Origin: Synechococcales cyanobacterium VAR_4_metabat_354
GTDB lineage: Bacteria; Cyanobacteriota; Cyanobacteriia; Cyanobacteriales; Chamaesiphonaceae
DNA: 64,000 nucleotides
NCBI GenBank assembly: GCA_031414775.1
Contig: JANOQI010000026.1
Span: 39,271-103,270 of the forward strand
Direction of reading: 5' to 3'
The position numbers and the translations under genes were made by a program. The notes below the pieces were generated by a model. It did no database searches. It had not been told where the DNA came from and saw only the letters and a list, made by a program, of their open reading frames with translations. Positions 9,288 through 18,883 of this stretch are shown one piece after another (position 1 is the first letter of the stretch; each line of letters starts with the position of its first letter).

Positions 9288-9938
9288 ATGAGCGAAGACG
9301 TCAAAGCCGAAGTGCCAATTATTATTCCCCAGCTAATTGTCGGCTTGGGCAACCCGGGCAGCAAATATGCCCAAACTCGCCATAATGTGGGCTTCGAGGC
9401 GATCGATTACCTAGCCAAACGCTGGCAAATTACCCTCAGCGACCAAAAAAGATTTCAAGGCATTGCTGGCGAAGGTCTCAGTGGCACACAGAAAATTCGG
9501 CTGCTCAAGCCCCAAACTTTCATGAATCTCTCCGGTCAGTCGGTGCGTGCCGTATTGGATTGGTATAAACTTGACCCCACCCAAGTGCTGGTAATTTACG
9601 ATGATTTAGATTTGCCCTTAGGCAAATTGCGGATGCGCCTGGCTGGTTCGGCTGGTGGTCACAACGGCATGAAATCAATTATTAGCCATCTGGGTACTCA
9701 AGCTTTTCCCCGACTGCGGCTAGGCATTGGGAAGAGCCAGGATGAAACTATTGGACATGTGTTGGGTAAGTTTGCGATCGCCGAAGCTCCCATCGTCCGC
9801 GAAGTGTTGGAACTAAGTAGTGATGCAGTCCAACTGGCAATGCGTCAAGGTGTCGAAAAATCAATGAGTCTGTATAACAGCAGATTTGTGGAAGTTCCGG
9901 CTACTATTGACCGAAGTGCTAGTCGTTCCAGTTCCTAG
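9288..9938 (+). CDS. pth: Peptidyl-tRNA hydrolase
   Basis: LIVGLGNPG, TRHNVGF, KPQTFMNLSG and GSAGGHNGMKS motifs. Confidence 0.96.
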   Translation: MSEDVKAEVPIIIPQLIVGLGNPGSKYAQTRHNVGFEAIDYLAKRWQITLSDQKRFQGIAGEGLSGTQKIRLLKPQTFMNLSGQSVRAVLDWYKLDPTQVLVIYDDLDLPLGKLRMRLAGSAGGHNGMKSIISHLGTQAFPRLRLGIGKSQDETIGHVLGKFAIAEAPIVREVLELSSDAVQLAMRQGVEKSMSLYNSRFVEVPATIDRSASRSSS

Positions 9939-10129
9939 CCGAATTGTGGCCAAGCAGTGGCCAATCAATTGATGTTTCACCATAGCTCCAAGATTTAGTA
10001 AAATTATCGACGAAGTAAAATAGTTCTTCTAAACTGAGTAATTAAGACAACCAGGTAGATTGATTAATGAGTACTTTCAGGCTACCTGCCTTGGCTCTTT
10101 CCTTCCGTATCCCGAACTAAAGTTAACTA

Positions 10130-10957
10130 GTGTTTATAGCTGATATACCGCGCTGTCTATGGGCGATTGCCCTTTCTATTTTTTTGTGTTTTAGCGGGCT
10201 AAATCCGGCGATCGCGTCTCCCGACTTGTCTACCACCTATACAACGGCACAGCTTGATCGAGGTGATGACTTACGAACTCAGGCTTTTACAGCCACTAAT
10301 CGGGGCGATTTTGCTACTGCCGAAGAATATTGGACTAAATTGTTGGAGCTATTTCCCGATAATCCAGCAATTTGGAGTAACCGAGGTAATTCACGAGTCA
10401 GTCAGCTCAAACTGACCGCTGCCGTGGCTGATTTCGATCGATCAATCCAGCTAGCCCCAGAAACCACCGATGCTTACTTGAATCGCGGCGCGGCTTGGGA
10501 AGGCTTACAAGAATGGGACAAGGCTATCGCCGACTATCAACACATTTTGGCCGTGGATAGCAACGACGCGATGGCCTATAACAACTTGGGTAACGCCTAT
10601 GCCGGTCGTACTGAGTGGGAAAAAGCCAAAGCCTATTACTTTAAAGCCACAGAATTAGAGCCAGGATTCGCTTTTGCCCGGGCTAATTATGCTCTAGCAC
10701 TTTATCAGGTCGGTGATCGATCGGAAGCTATTCGCCAAATGAAAAATATTGTGCGTAAGTATCGAGATTTTCCGGATGTAAGAGCAGCTTTAACCGCTGC
10801 TCTGTGGCAAGACGGTCAACGGGGCGAGGCCGAGAGCAACTGGATCGCGGTGATTGGCTTAGATAGTCGCTATAAAGACTTAGAGTGGGTAAGAAACCAT
10901 CGGCGGTGGCCACCGGTAATGGTGTCGGCTCTCGATGGTTTCTTACACCTGCGCTAG
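10130..10957 (+). CDS. Tetratricopeptide repeat protein with signal peptide
   Basis: Hydrophobic N-terminus, multiple TPRs (WSNRGN, AYLNRG, AYNNLG) and conserved C-terminal RRWPP. Confidence 0.85.
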   Translation: MFIADIPRCLWAIALSIFLCFSGLNPAIASPDLSTTYTTAQLDRGDDLRTQAFTATNRGDFATAEEYWTKLLELFPDNPAIWSNRGNSRVSQLKLTAAVADFDRSIQLAPETTDAYLNRGAAWEGLQEWDKAIADYQHILAVDSNDAMAYNNLGNAYAGRTEWEKAKAYYFKATELEPGFAFARANYALALYQVGDRSEAIRQMKNIVRKYRDFPDVRAALTAALWQDGQRGEAESNWIAVIGLDSRYKDLEWVRNHRRWPPVMVSALDGFLHLR

Positions 10958-11014
10958 TGCTATAATAATAAATTGTGTTTCCAGCATTTTGGGTATCCGT
11001 TCGGAGGTTATTGT

Positions 11015-11314
11015 TTGTCAAAGTTTATTTTAAAAGTTCTCTGGTTAGATGAGAACATTGCTGTAGCCGTGGATCAAGTTGTGGGCAAAGGACTCAGCCC
11101 GCTAACTGCTTACTTCTTTTGGCCACGCGCTGATGCCTGGGAACAGTTGAAGGCTGAAATGGAAGCTAAGCACTGGATCGCTGAAGTCGATCGCGTGGGT
11201 GTTTTGAACCAAGCCACTGAAGTAATTAATTACTGGCAAGAAGAAGGCAAGGGTCGCCCTTATGCTGATGCGGTGCTTAAATTTCCAGAAGTTGTCTTTA
11301 CTGGCAGCAACTAG
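11015..11314 (+). CDS. ycf65: 30S ribosomal protein PSRP-3 (Ycf65)
   Basis: [40 protein letters not shown] start at 11015 after GGAGG. Confidence 0.9.
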   Translation: MSKFILKVLWLDENIAVAVDQVVGKGLSPLTAYFFWPRADAWEQLKAEMEAKHWIAEVDRVGVLNQATEVINYWQEEGKGRPYADAVLKFPEVVFTGSN

Positions 11315-11334
11315 TAGTATTTTTGCTCTTAAAC

Positions 11335-11371
11335 AAATAGCCGCCCGAGCTTTGCTTTGGGTGGTTGTTTT
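11335..11371 (+). terminator. Probable intrinsic terminator after ycf65
   Basis: AATAGCCGCCCGAG...TTTGGGTGGTTGTT stem with G-U pairs, between convergent genes. Confidence 0.5.
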
Positions 11372-11409
11372 CGTGTTCAATTTTTTAATGACCAGAAATT
11401 TTAATTTAA

Positions 11410-12558
11410 CTACTTTAGCGAGGTATCAGTAAGGGAAAGTTGCTCGTTGACTATTGCCCAATCACCCAAATGACGACGAGCCGCACTAGTCACTACTCGA
11501 CCGCGCGGTGTTCTTTGCAAGTAGCCAATCTGCAATAAATAAGGTTCATAGACTTCTTCGATTGTTTGACGATCTTCCCCCGTCGCGGCGGCAAGGGCTT
11601 CTAAACCCACGGGACCGCCGTTAAATTGTTCGATCGCCGTTTGCAATAATAGTCGATCGATCCAATCCAAGCCGCGTGGATCGACGTGATACAAGGCCAG
11701 TGCCTCCGTGGCCAATTCTTCGGTTACTACTGGATGTTTTTTGACCTGGACAAAGTCGCGCACCCGCTTCAGCAAACGATTGGCAATCCGGGGCGTGCCG
11801 CGCGACCTTCTCGCTACCTCTGCTGCTCCCCCAGGCGTGATTTCTAATTGCAAAATTGCCGCCGTGCGCAGCACGATTTCCGTTATTTCATCAACCTCAT
11901 AGAAGCGCAGGCGTTGAATCAGGCCAAACCGGTCGCGTAGTGGCCCCGTTAGGGAACCAACTTTAGTGGTCGCACCCACCAAGGTGAACTTAGGTAGTGG
12001 AATGCTGCGAGTTTTAGCGGTTGCGCCTTTGCCTACTGTAATATCTAGCCGAAAGTCTTCCATCGCTGGATAAAGCAATTCCTCGGTCATCCGCGATAAC
12101 CGGTGAATTTCGTCAATAAATAAAATATCCCCAGGAGCGAGGCTAACTAAAATCCCGACGATATCGCGAGGGCGTTCTAAGGCTGGTGCGGAGGTAATCC
12201 GACAATTTACCCCCATCTCCGCCGCCAGAATGAGCGAAATAGTGGTTTTCCCCAAACCGGGCGGGCCGTAGAGCAAGACATGATCTAAAGATTCCTGCCG
12301 AGCGGTGGCCGCCTGCATGGCGATTTCTAATACGCCCTTCAGGTCTTTTTGGCCGATATACTCGTTTAGCCGCTGGGGGCGCAGTCCTTCATCTTTTTCG
12401 GTGATTTTCTCGGTGGGCGTAGCTACTTCACCTTTTAGCAGGCTGGGATCGGTCTGCTGTTCTTTAGTCTGCTCTGGGGTGGTGGCCGGTGAAGATACTT
12501 TCGTACGGCGCGGCGGCGAATCACCAGCATCAGATTTTTTGGAAGAGATGATCGCCAT
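11410..12558 (-). CDS. ruvB: Holliday junction branch migration helicase RuvB
   Basis: [35 protein letters not shown] and [11 protein letters not shown] motifs. Confidence 0.97.
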   Translation of the reverse strand: MAIISSKKSDAGDSPPRRTKVSSPATTPEQTKEQQTDPSLLKGEVATPTEKITEKDEGLRPQRLNEYIGQKDLKGVLEIAMQAATARQESLDHVLLYGPPGLGKTTISLILAAEMGVNCRITSAPALERPRDIVGILVSLAPGDILFIDEIHRLSRMTEELLYPAMEDFRLDITVGKGATAKTRSIPLPKFTLVGATTKVGSLTGPLRDRFGLIQRLRFYEVDEITEIVLRTAAILQLEITPGGAAEVARRSRGTPRIANRLLKRVRDFVQVKKHPVVTEELATEALALYHVDPRGLDWIDRLLLQTAIEQFNGGPVGLEALAAATGEDRQTIEEVYEPYLLQIGYLQRTPRGRVVTSAARRHLGDWAIVNEQLSLTDTSLK

Positions 12559-12589
12559 AGTAGCTTTGCACCATTGTATTCTCCATATT

Positions 12590-13030
12590 CTAGTCGCTAG
12601 CGGGATCTAGTGACGGCAGGCCATCTTTTTGTTTTAAATAACTCAATAGCCAATTGGCCGCTGTAGCGCGTCTGGTTTCGGTGGGGTCAAATTCGCCAAT
12701 CTTGTAGCCTTTAAACCCCAAATATTCTTTGAGCAATTGTTTGTCGGAAGTGGGGATCGATCGAGTGAGTTGGACACTAGCTGGTCGGCCAGCAATAAAA
12801 TCTGGTGGTTGGGGGTAATCAGCGAGCCATTTCGCTGAAACATTGCTAGTATTCCAGGTCTGGGTAGTTTGGTCAAAATGATATCCCAAAGCTTGCCACA
12901 GCAATTGATTAACTACCATATCGGCAATTTCTTGATGGAGAATTGCCCAAATAATTGTATTATCTAAGGCGGGCAGGGTTGACCAAATGATCTGAGAATA
13001 ATCAACTGGCTGATCGGGATCAAGAGGCAT
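12590..13030 (-). CDS. DUF1823 family protein
   Basis: [54 protein letters not shown]; start uncertain. Confidence 0.75.
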   Translation of the reverse strand: MPLDPDQPVDYSQIIWSTLPALDNTIIWAILHQEIADMVVNQLLWQALGYHFDQTTQTWNTSNVSAKWLADYPQPPDFIAGRPASVQLTRSIPTSDKQLLKEYLGFKGYKIGEFDPTETRRATAANWLLSYLKQKDGLPSLDPASD

Positions 13031-13118
13031 AGCAGCTATAAAAATCATTAATAGGTCTAGTCAAATATACATTTGTCCAGCTAGTTATCCTGACCTCCGG
13101 CAATCAACATTGAAATAT

Positions 13119-13137
13119 CTTAACCAGCAATTAACCT
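13119..13137 (+). promoter_or_regulatory. Pho box (SphR/PhoB site) upstream of pstS
   Basis: CTTAACCA-N3-ATTAACCT: two PyTTAAPyPy(T/A)-like half-sites at 11-bp spacing, ~60 nt upstream of pstS. Confidence 0.7.
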
Positions 13138-13199
13138 TTTGCCTTTAATGTGCGGTTAGATACCGAAATAGATATTAACCAAAGCATCCTACAGAACCT

Positions 13200-14282
13200 A
13201 TGTCTGTCCAAAAACAAAAATTTACTGCTGTACTGTTATCGACAGTTCTACTTGCAGCAGCTTTAGGTGTGACGAGTTGTAATAATAGCGCTACCAAAGC
13301 CCCAGACTCAGCTGGCGAAAAAACAGCTGCTGTCCAAGAGTCTCCATCAGGGGATAAGGCTGGTGATAGTGATATTAAAGTTGACGGTTCCAGTACTGTT
13401 TTCCCCATTACTGAAGCCGTAGCAGAAGAATTCCAAAAGACTAAAGGCGGTAAAATAAAGGTTTCCGTCGGCGTATCGGGTACTGGTGGTGGGTTCAAAA
13501 AATTCTGTCGCGGTGAAACCGACTTATCTAATGCCTCGCGCCCCATCCTGCAAAAAGAAATTGATGCTTGTAAAGAAAAAGGCATTGAATATCTAGAACT
13601 GCCGATCGCCTATGATGCCTTGACCGTCGTGGTAAACAATAGCAACACTTGGGCAAAAACGCTAACGGTAGCTGAACTTAAAAAAATGTGGGAACCCGAG
13701 GCGCAGGGTAAAGTCAAAAACTGGAAAGAAATTAGAGCTGATTTCCCTGATGCGCCTCTCAAGCTGTTTGGGGCTGGTAGCAGCTCTGGTACTTTTGACT
13801 ACTTCACCGAAGCCATCAATGGCAAGGCTAAAGTTGGTCGCGGCGACTATACCGCCAGTGAAGATGATAATACTTTGGTAAAAGGAGTCGGTGCCGATAA
13901 GGGTGCTCTTGGTTACTTTGGCTATTCTTACTATGAAGCCAATAAAACCAAACTGAAGGCCGTGGGCATCGATGGTGGCAAAGGAGCTGTGTTACCGGCG
14001 ATCGAAACTGTCAAGAATGGTACTTACAATCCACTTTCCCGTCCGCTGTTTATCTATGTCAATAGCAAGGCATTGGACAAACCAGCTGTAAAAGAATTTG
14101 TAGATTACTATATGACTAATGCGGCTAAGTTCAGTGCGAGTACCAAGTATATTCCTTTGCCTGCAACTGCTTACGCCAAAATTGCTGAAAAAGCTAAAGC
14201 CAAGAAATTAGGCACTGTTTTTGGTGGTAAAGAGGCGGTTGGTCTAAAGATTGAAGAGATTCTCAACAAAGAATCTAAGTAG
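13200..14282 (+). CDS. pstS: Phosphate ABC transporter substrate-binding lipoprotein
   Basis: Lipobox-like VTSC; VDGSSTVFPI, SGTGGGFKKFC, SGTFDYFTE and YNPLSRPLFIY motifs. Confidence 0.95.
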   Translation: MSVQKQKFTAVLLSTVLLAAALGVTSCNNSATKAPDSAGEKTAAVQESPSGDKAGDSDIKVDGSSTVFPITEAVAEEFQKTKGGKIKVSVGVSGTGGGFKKFCRGETDLSNASRPILQKEIDACKEKGIEYLELPIAYDALTVVVNNSNTWAKTLTVAELKKMWEPEAQGKVKNWKEIRADFPDAPLKLFGAGSSSGTFDYFTEAINGKAKVGRGDYTASEDDNTLVKGVGADKGALGYFGYSYYEANKTKLKAVGIDGGKGAVLPAIETVKNGTYNPLSRPLFIYVNSKALDKPAVKEFVDYYMTNAAKFSASTKYIPLPATAYAKIAEKAKAKKLGTVFGGKEAVGLKIEEILNKESK

Positions 14283-14490
14283 TTTACCAAAAATTAAAGA
14301 ACAGGCTGTATGTTTACGGATATCATCTGCTGTAACTCATAACATCTCCTTTGGCAACTGTGGATTAACATACTAGTTATTTACAGTTATCAAGATTGAT
14401 TTTATTCTATGAATTACAAAGCTGAATGTCGTAGACTACAGCTTGATTGTTTAAGTCCTCGATTCTTATTAATTTGCTCGGCAATTCTCT

Positions 14491-15405
14491 ATGCAACGTA
14501 ATGAAAGCGCCGCTGCCGATTTCTCCCAAAAGAAATGGCGTGCAGGGGGCGAGAAAGCGATCGAAATAGTCTTATTAATGGCAGCTTTGTCCTGTGTTGG
14601 AATTACTGTCTCGATTGTCGGAATTTTATTGTATGAGTCCTTTGGCTTTTTTCAGCAAGTTCCAATTCTCAGATTTTTAACCGATCCGATGTGGACACCT
14701 GGTACTGAACAGTATGGGGTGATGTCATTGGTATCAGGCACTTTGGTAACGACGATGGTAGCTTTGATCGTAGCTATTCCGGTGGGTACCATTGCCGCTA
14801 TTTACCTCAGTGAATTTGCTAAACCTGCGGTGCGCGAAGTAGCAAAACCACTGCTGGAATTACTGGCCAGTATCCCGACTGTGGTTTATGGCTACTTTGC
14901 CTACCTTTTTGTTAGCCCAGTCTTGCAAGCGATTATTCCTGGTTTGGGTGGTTTTAGTATGCTCAGTGCCGGTTTGGTGATGGGGATTATGATTATTCCT
15001 TACATTAGCTCGGTCAGCGAAGATGCCATGCGGGCGGTGCCGGTGTATTTGCGGGAAGGATCGTTTGCGATGGGGGCAACCCGCTTGCAGACAACTTTGA
15101 ATGTGGTTTTACCAGCTTCAATTTCGGGGATTACGGCGGCTTATATTCTGGGTATCTCCAGAGCTATCGGTGAGACTATGGTGGTAGCGATCGCCGCTGG
15201 TGGTCAGCCCATTTTTACTTTGAACCCTTTAGAACCAGCACTGACTATTACAGCCTATATTGTCCAAATGTGTTTGGGAGATGTGCCCCACGGCAGCTTA
15301 GAGTATCAAACCATTTTTGCAGTGGGCTTGACCCTGGTCATTATGACGCTGATTTTTAATATTATTGGTCATGTTTTGAAGAAGAAGTACCGTGAGACTT
15401 ACTAG
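14491..15405 (+). CDS. pstC: Phosphate ABC transporter permease
   Basis: ELLASIPTVVYG, SRAIGETMVV; operon position. Confidence 0.95.
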   Translation: MQRNESAAADFSQKKWRAGGEKAIEIVLLMAALSCVGITVSIVGILLYESFGFFQQVPILRFLTDPMWTPGTEQYGVMSLVSGTLVTTMVALIVAIPVGTIAAIYLSEFAKPAVREVAKPLLELLASIPTVVYGYFAYLFVSPVLQAIIPGLGGFSMLSAGLVMGIMIIPYISSVSEDAMRAVPVYLREGSFAMGATRLQTTLNVVLPASISGITAAYILGISRAIGETMVVAIAAGGQPIFTLNPLEPALTITAYIVQMCLGDVPHGSLEYQTIFAVGLTLVIMTLIFNIIGHVLKKKYRETY

Positions 15406-15451
15406 TTAATTTAATGAATGATTGCTTCGTGACTTTACCCCCAAATGCTGT

Positions 15452-16399
15452 ATGACATTACCATCACATACTTCGATCCCTGGATACGAAGCACCTCCTC
15501 TGCAGGCAACGATCGCTAAAAGCAAACTACTCGATCGGATCTTCATGATCCTGGGAGTGCTTTCTTTAGCCATCGCACTAGTTACCCTACTAGCGATGAT
15601 TGGAAAGCTATTAATTGATGGTGCTCCTAAACTCGACCTAGCATTCTTATTTTCTTTCCCTAGCTCCAAGGCGGCGAGCGCTGGAGTATTATCGGCCTGG
15701 GTTGGTAGTGGCTTGGTGATTTTGGTGACGGCGTTGGTGTCAGTGCCAATGGGAGTAGCCGCAGCGATTTATCTTGAGGAATACGCCCAAAAAGGCTGGC
15801 TCTCGGATTTGATTGAAATCAACGTTACCAATTTAGCTGGGGTGCCCTCCATCATCTATGGTCTGCTGGGTTTAGGTTTGTTTAAATATGGACTAAACTT
15901 GGGTCAGAGTATTGCTACTGCTGGATTAACTCTGTCGCTATTGGTATTACCCGTAGTAATTGTAACGACCAGGGAGGGGATTCGATCGATCCCTAGTAAT
16001 ATCCGGGAGGCAGCCTATGCCGTTGGGGCTACTAAATGGCAGGTAATTTGGGATCACATTTTGCCCTACTCAACGGGTACAATATTAACAGGTGTGATTG
16101 TAGCGATTTCTCGAGCTTTTGGAGAAACAGCACCACTCATTACCATTGGTGCTTTGACTTTCATTGCTTTTTTACCAGATTCGCCTTTTCAGTCGTCATT
16201 TCCGTTCATCTCGTTCAACTGGCTGTTGTCTGGGTTTACGGTACTGCCGATTCAGATGTTTGATTGGGTAAACAGACCTGACCCCGAATTCCAACATAAT
16301 GCCGCCGCCGCCGGAATTGTCATTATCGCTATGACACTGTTGATGAATGGAGTAGCAATTTACTTCCGTTATCGCCTGCGCCGCAGCATCAAATGGTAA
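15452..16399 (+). CDS. pstA: Phosphate ABC transporter permease
   Basis: AIYLEEY, NLAGVPSIIYGLLG, SRAFGETAPL; ATG at 15452 preferred over TTG at 15422. Confidence 0.94.
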   Translation: MTLPSHTSIPGYEAPPLQATIAKSKLLDRIFMILGVLSLAIALVTLLAMIGKLLIDGAPKLDLAFLFSFPSSKAASAGVLSAWVGSGLVILVTALVSVPMGVAAAIYLEEYAQKGWLSDLIEINVTNLAGVPSIIYGLLGLGLFKYGLNLGQSIATAGLTLSLLVLPVVIVTTREGIRSIPSNIREAAYAVGATKWQVIWDHILPYSTGTILTGVIVAISRAFGETAPLITIGALTFIAFLPDSPFQSSFPFISFNWLLSGFTVLPIQMFDWVNRPDPEFQHNAAAAGIVIIAMTLLMNGVAIYFRYRLRRSIKW

Positions 16400-16423
16400 T
16401 TCTAACTTTATAACTCCTCCTAT

Positions 16424-17209
16424 ATGACAACTTCTAATCTCCAAGAGTTTTCCAAGAAAGCTGAAGTCGATAAATTGAATTTTTACTATAACGGTGGTGT
16501 CCATGCCCTAAAAAATGTCACCATGCCGGTGTTCGATCGGAAGGTGACTGCCCTAATTGGTCCATCGGGTTGCGGTAAAACAACTTTGCTGCGCTGCTTT
16601 AATCGGATGCATGATCTGTATCCTGGCAATCGCTATGAAGGTGATATTTGGCTAGACAAAGGAGTAAACTTACTAGGGCGCAAGGTTGATCCGATCGAAG
16701 TGCGGATGCGAATTAGTATGGTGTTCCAAAAGCCCAATCCCTTCCCCAAATCAATTTTCGAGAACGTGGCTTATGGGTTGCGAGTGCGCGGTGAGAGGAA
16801 TCGCACGGTTCTAGAACAAAAAGTGGAAGAAGCGCTTAAAGATGCGGCAATTTGGAAGGAAGTAAAAGATCGCTTAAATGATCTGGCTTCTAGCTTGTCT
16901 GGTGGTCAGCAACAACGGCTTTGTATTGCCCGGGCATTGGTGACTCAACCAGAGATTCTGCTGCTGGATGAACCAACTTCGGCATTGGATCCGATCGCCA
17001 CCGCCAGCATCGAAGAATTAATCACCGAACTGCGGGAGCGCGTTACCATCCTCATTGTGACGCACAGTATGCAACAAGCCGCACGGGTCTCAGACTACAC
17101 GGCCTTTATGTATCTGGGTCAGCTCGAAGAATTCAACGAAACTGCCCAAATTTTTACACAGCCAGCTAATCAAAAAACGGCTGACTATGTTAGCGGTAGG
17201 TTTGGTTAG
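16424..17209 (+). CDS. pstB: Phosphate ABC transporter ATPase
   Basis: [37 protein letters not shown] and YVSGRFG motifs. Confidence 0.96.
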   Translation: MTTSNLQEFSKKAEVDKLNFYYNGGVHALKNVTMPVFDRKVTALIGPSGCGKTTLLRCFNRMHDLYPGNRYEGDIWLDKGVNLLGRKVDPIEVRMRISMVFQKPNPFPKSIFENVAYGLRVRGERNRTVLEQKVEEALKDAAIWKEVKDRLNDLASSLSGGQQQRLCIARALVTQPEILLLDEPTSALDPIATASIEELITELRERVTILIVTHSMQQAARVSDYTAFMYLGQLEEFNETAQIFTQPANQKTADYVSGRFG

Positions 17210-17265
17210 AGCTGTGATATTTTGCTACCAATAGTTTCACTTGGAACTGGTAGTGACCAGCTCAC

Positions 17266-17293
17266 AATCCCCTTTTTACGAAGGGGATTTTTT
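17266..17293 (+). terminator. Intrinsic terminator of pstSCAB
   Basis: AATCCCCTT-TTTACG-AAGGGGATT followed by TTTT. Confidence 0.8.
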
Positions 17294-17437
17294 AGTGCAG
17301 TAATATTAAATCAAGAGATATGGGGGTGTGGAGTATGACGAGATCGTTGAGAATACCGATTGCTGGTAAAACTTTCAGGCCACCACATCATCACCTGCTA
17401 AAATAATCAGCGACCTCTCACAATCGCCATCGCTACA

Positions 17438-18124
17438 ATGCTCCGCATCATCACCGACTTCGACGGCCCCATCATGGACGTTTCTGAGCGTTACTATCAA
17501 GTCTACCTACTCTGCCTCCAGCAAACCCAAACCCCCCAGCAAAAAATCACCACCCTCACCAAAAAAGAATTTTGGGCACTCAAACGCGCCCAAATCCCAG
17601 AAATCGAAATCGGGATCAAATCAGGCTTAGACCCTAAGCAAGCGATCGACTTCAGCCAGCGCCGCAAACAACAAGTCCATCAGCTAGAGTATTTGAAGTT
17701 CGATCGACTAATTCCTACCGCTCCAGCCGCCTTAACCAAAATCCAAACTGCCCACATCGATTTAGTCGTGATGACCATGCGTCGCGTCAAAGAACTAGAT
17801 ACTGCCCTCAACCAGGCAAATCTACATCAATTTTTCCCACCAACCAGTCGTTACTGTCTCAGCAACGATTATATTAAAACCAAAGACGTTACCGACAAAC
17901 CCCTGCTGATGGCCAGAGCCGCCGCCGAACTCCCCTCAGCCAGTCAAACCTGGATGATTGGAGACACCGAAGCCGATATCGCTGCCGCTTATAGTAAAGA
18001 TATCCCCTTTATTGGAGTGCTATCCGGCATCCGCGACCAGGCCAACCTCGCTCAACACCAACCGCTAGCGATCGTTCCCGATCTAGCCGCAGCCGTCGAT
18101 TATATTTTGGCCACTATTTCATAA
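17438..18124 (+). CDS. HAD family hydrolase
   Basis: ITDFDGPIMD motif I and WMIGDTEADI motif IV. Confidence 0.88.
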   Translation: MLRIITDFDGPIMDVSERYYQVYLLCLQQTQTPQQKITTLTKKEFWALKRAQIPEIEIGIKSGLDPKQAIDFSQRRKQQVHQLEYLKFDRLIPTAPAALTKIQTAHIDLVVMTMRRVKELDTALNQANLHQFFPPTSRYCLSNDYIKTKDVTDKPLLMARAAAELPSASQTWMIGDTEADIAAAYSKDIPFIGVLSGIRDQANLAQHQPLAIVPDLAAAVDYILATIS

Positions 18125-18743
18125 AGCTACTAATTACCCACAACACTACTAGGGTCAAGAGGGTGGCAATTTTTTCAGCACTAATCGGCAAGCTGCCGAT
18201 CGGCAGATGACCAACATTGATAATTAGCATGGCCAACACAATACTAGCCACTACCCCTAGGCCAGTAATCAGGAAAGCTCGACCCAAGCGACTAATCTTA
18301 GAATTCAAAAAGAAGAGTGTAAAAGCCGCTGCTACTGCTAAAACTGTTGGCAGAGAAGATTCCGCAGTACCAGGCAAGGACACGATGGTGGCCAGAGAAG
18401 CAATGACACCGGAAGTAATTGCTAAGTCTTTACTTCTGGGTTTTTCTACCAGTTCGCCTAGCCAGCCCGGCGAAATATTAATTTGGGGAGGTGCCAGTTT
18501 TGGCAAGGACAGTGTTTGAACAGACTTTTCAGGGAACCGAATTCCTTCGGGCACGCTGATCTTACCCTCTTGACGAAGTTTAAGCCGATCCATCAAAATC
18601 GAGTCATAGGCTGCTTCAATACTTTCGAGCAATTGCGGATCGCTGTGATGCTTCTGTTGGAGACGTTGCTTGGCTGCTTGGATTTCCTCAAAAGAAGCAT
18701 CAATATTAATGCCGAGCCGTTCATAGGGGGTTTGTTGACTCAT
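18114..18743 (-). CDS. CPP1-like protein (J-like domain plus TM helices)
   Basis: PYERLGI...ASFEEIQAAK..IEAAYDSILMDRLKLRQEGKI.VP..IRFPE; ATG at 18743. Confidence 0.82.
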   Translation of the reverse strand: MSQQTPYERLGINIDASFEEIQAAKQRLQQKHHSDPQLLESIEAAYDSILMDRLKLRQEGKISVPEGIRFPEKSVQTLSLPKLAPPQINISPGWLGELVEKPRSKDLAITSGVIASLATIVSLPGTAESSLPTVLAVAAAFTLFFLNSKISRLGRAFLITGLGVVASIVLAMLIINVGHLPIGSLPISAEKIATLLTLVVLWVISSFMK

Positions 18744-18883
18744 GTTTTTGTGCAAATTACAGTCCACCAGCACTACTACTTTAAAATGCTTCGCTGAAAT
18801 TGGCTAACTATTTGGGGCTGACTTTACAATTTGCAACTGGATACCCTGGTGGCCGGGAACTTCTAATTGGTTACTTTAGGTAA

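Noticed and set aside
13175..13585. Antisense and alternate-frame ORFs (e.g. 13175-13585, 24607-25002, 48808-49197, 61870-62283, 60811-61005)
   Set aside because: They are shadows of well-supported genes, with no recognisable motifs.
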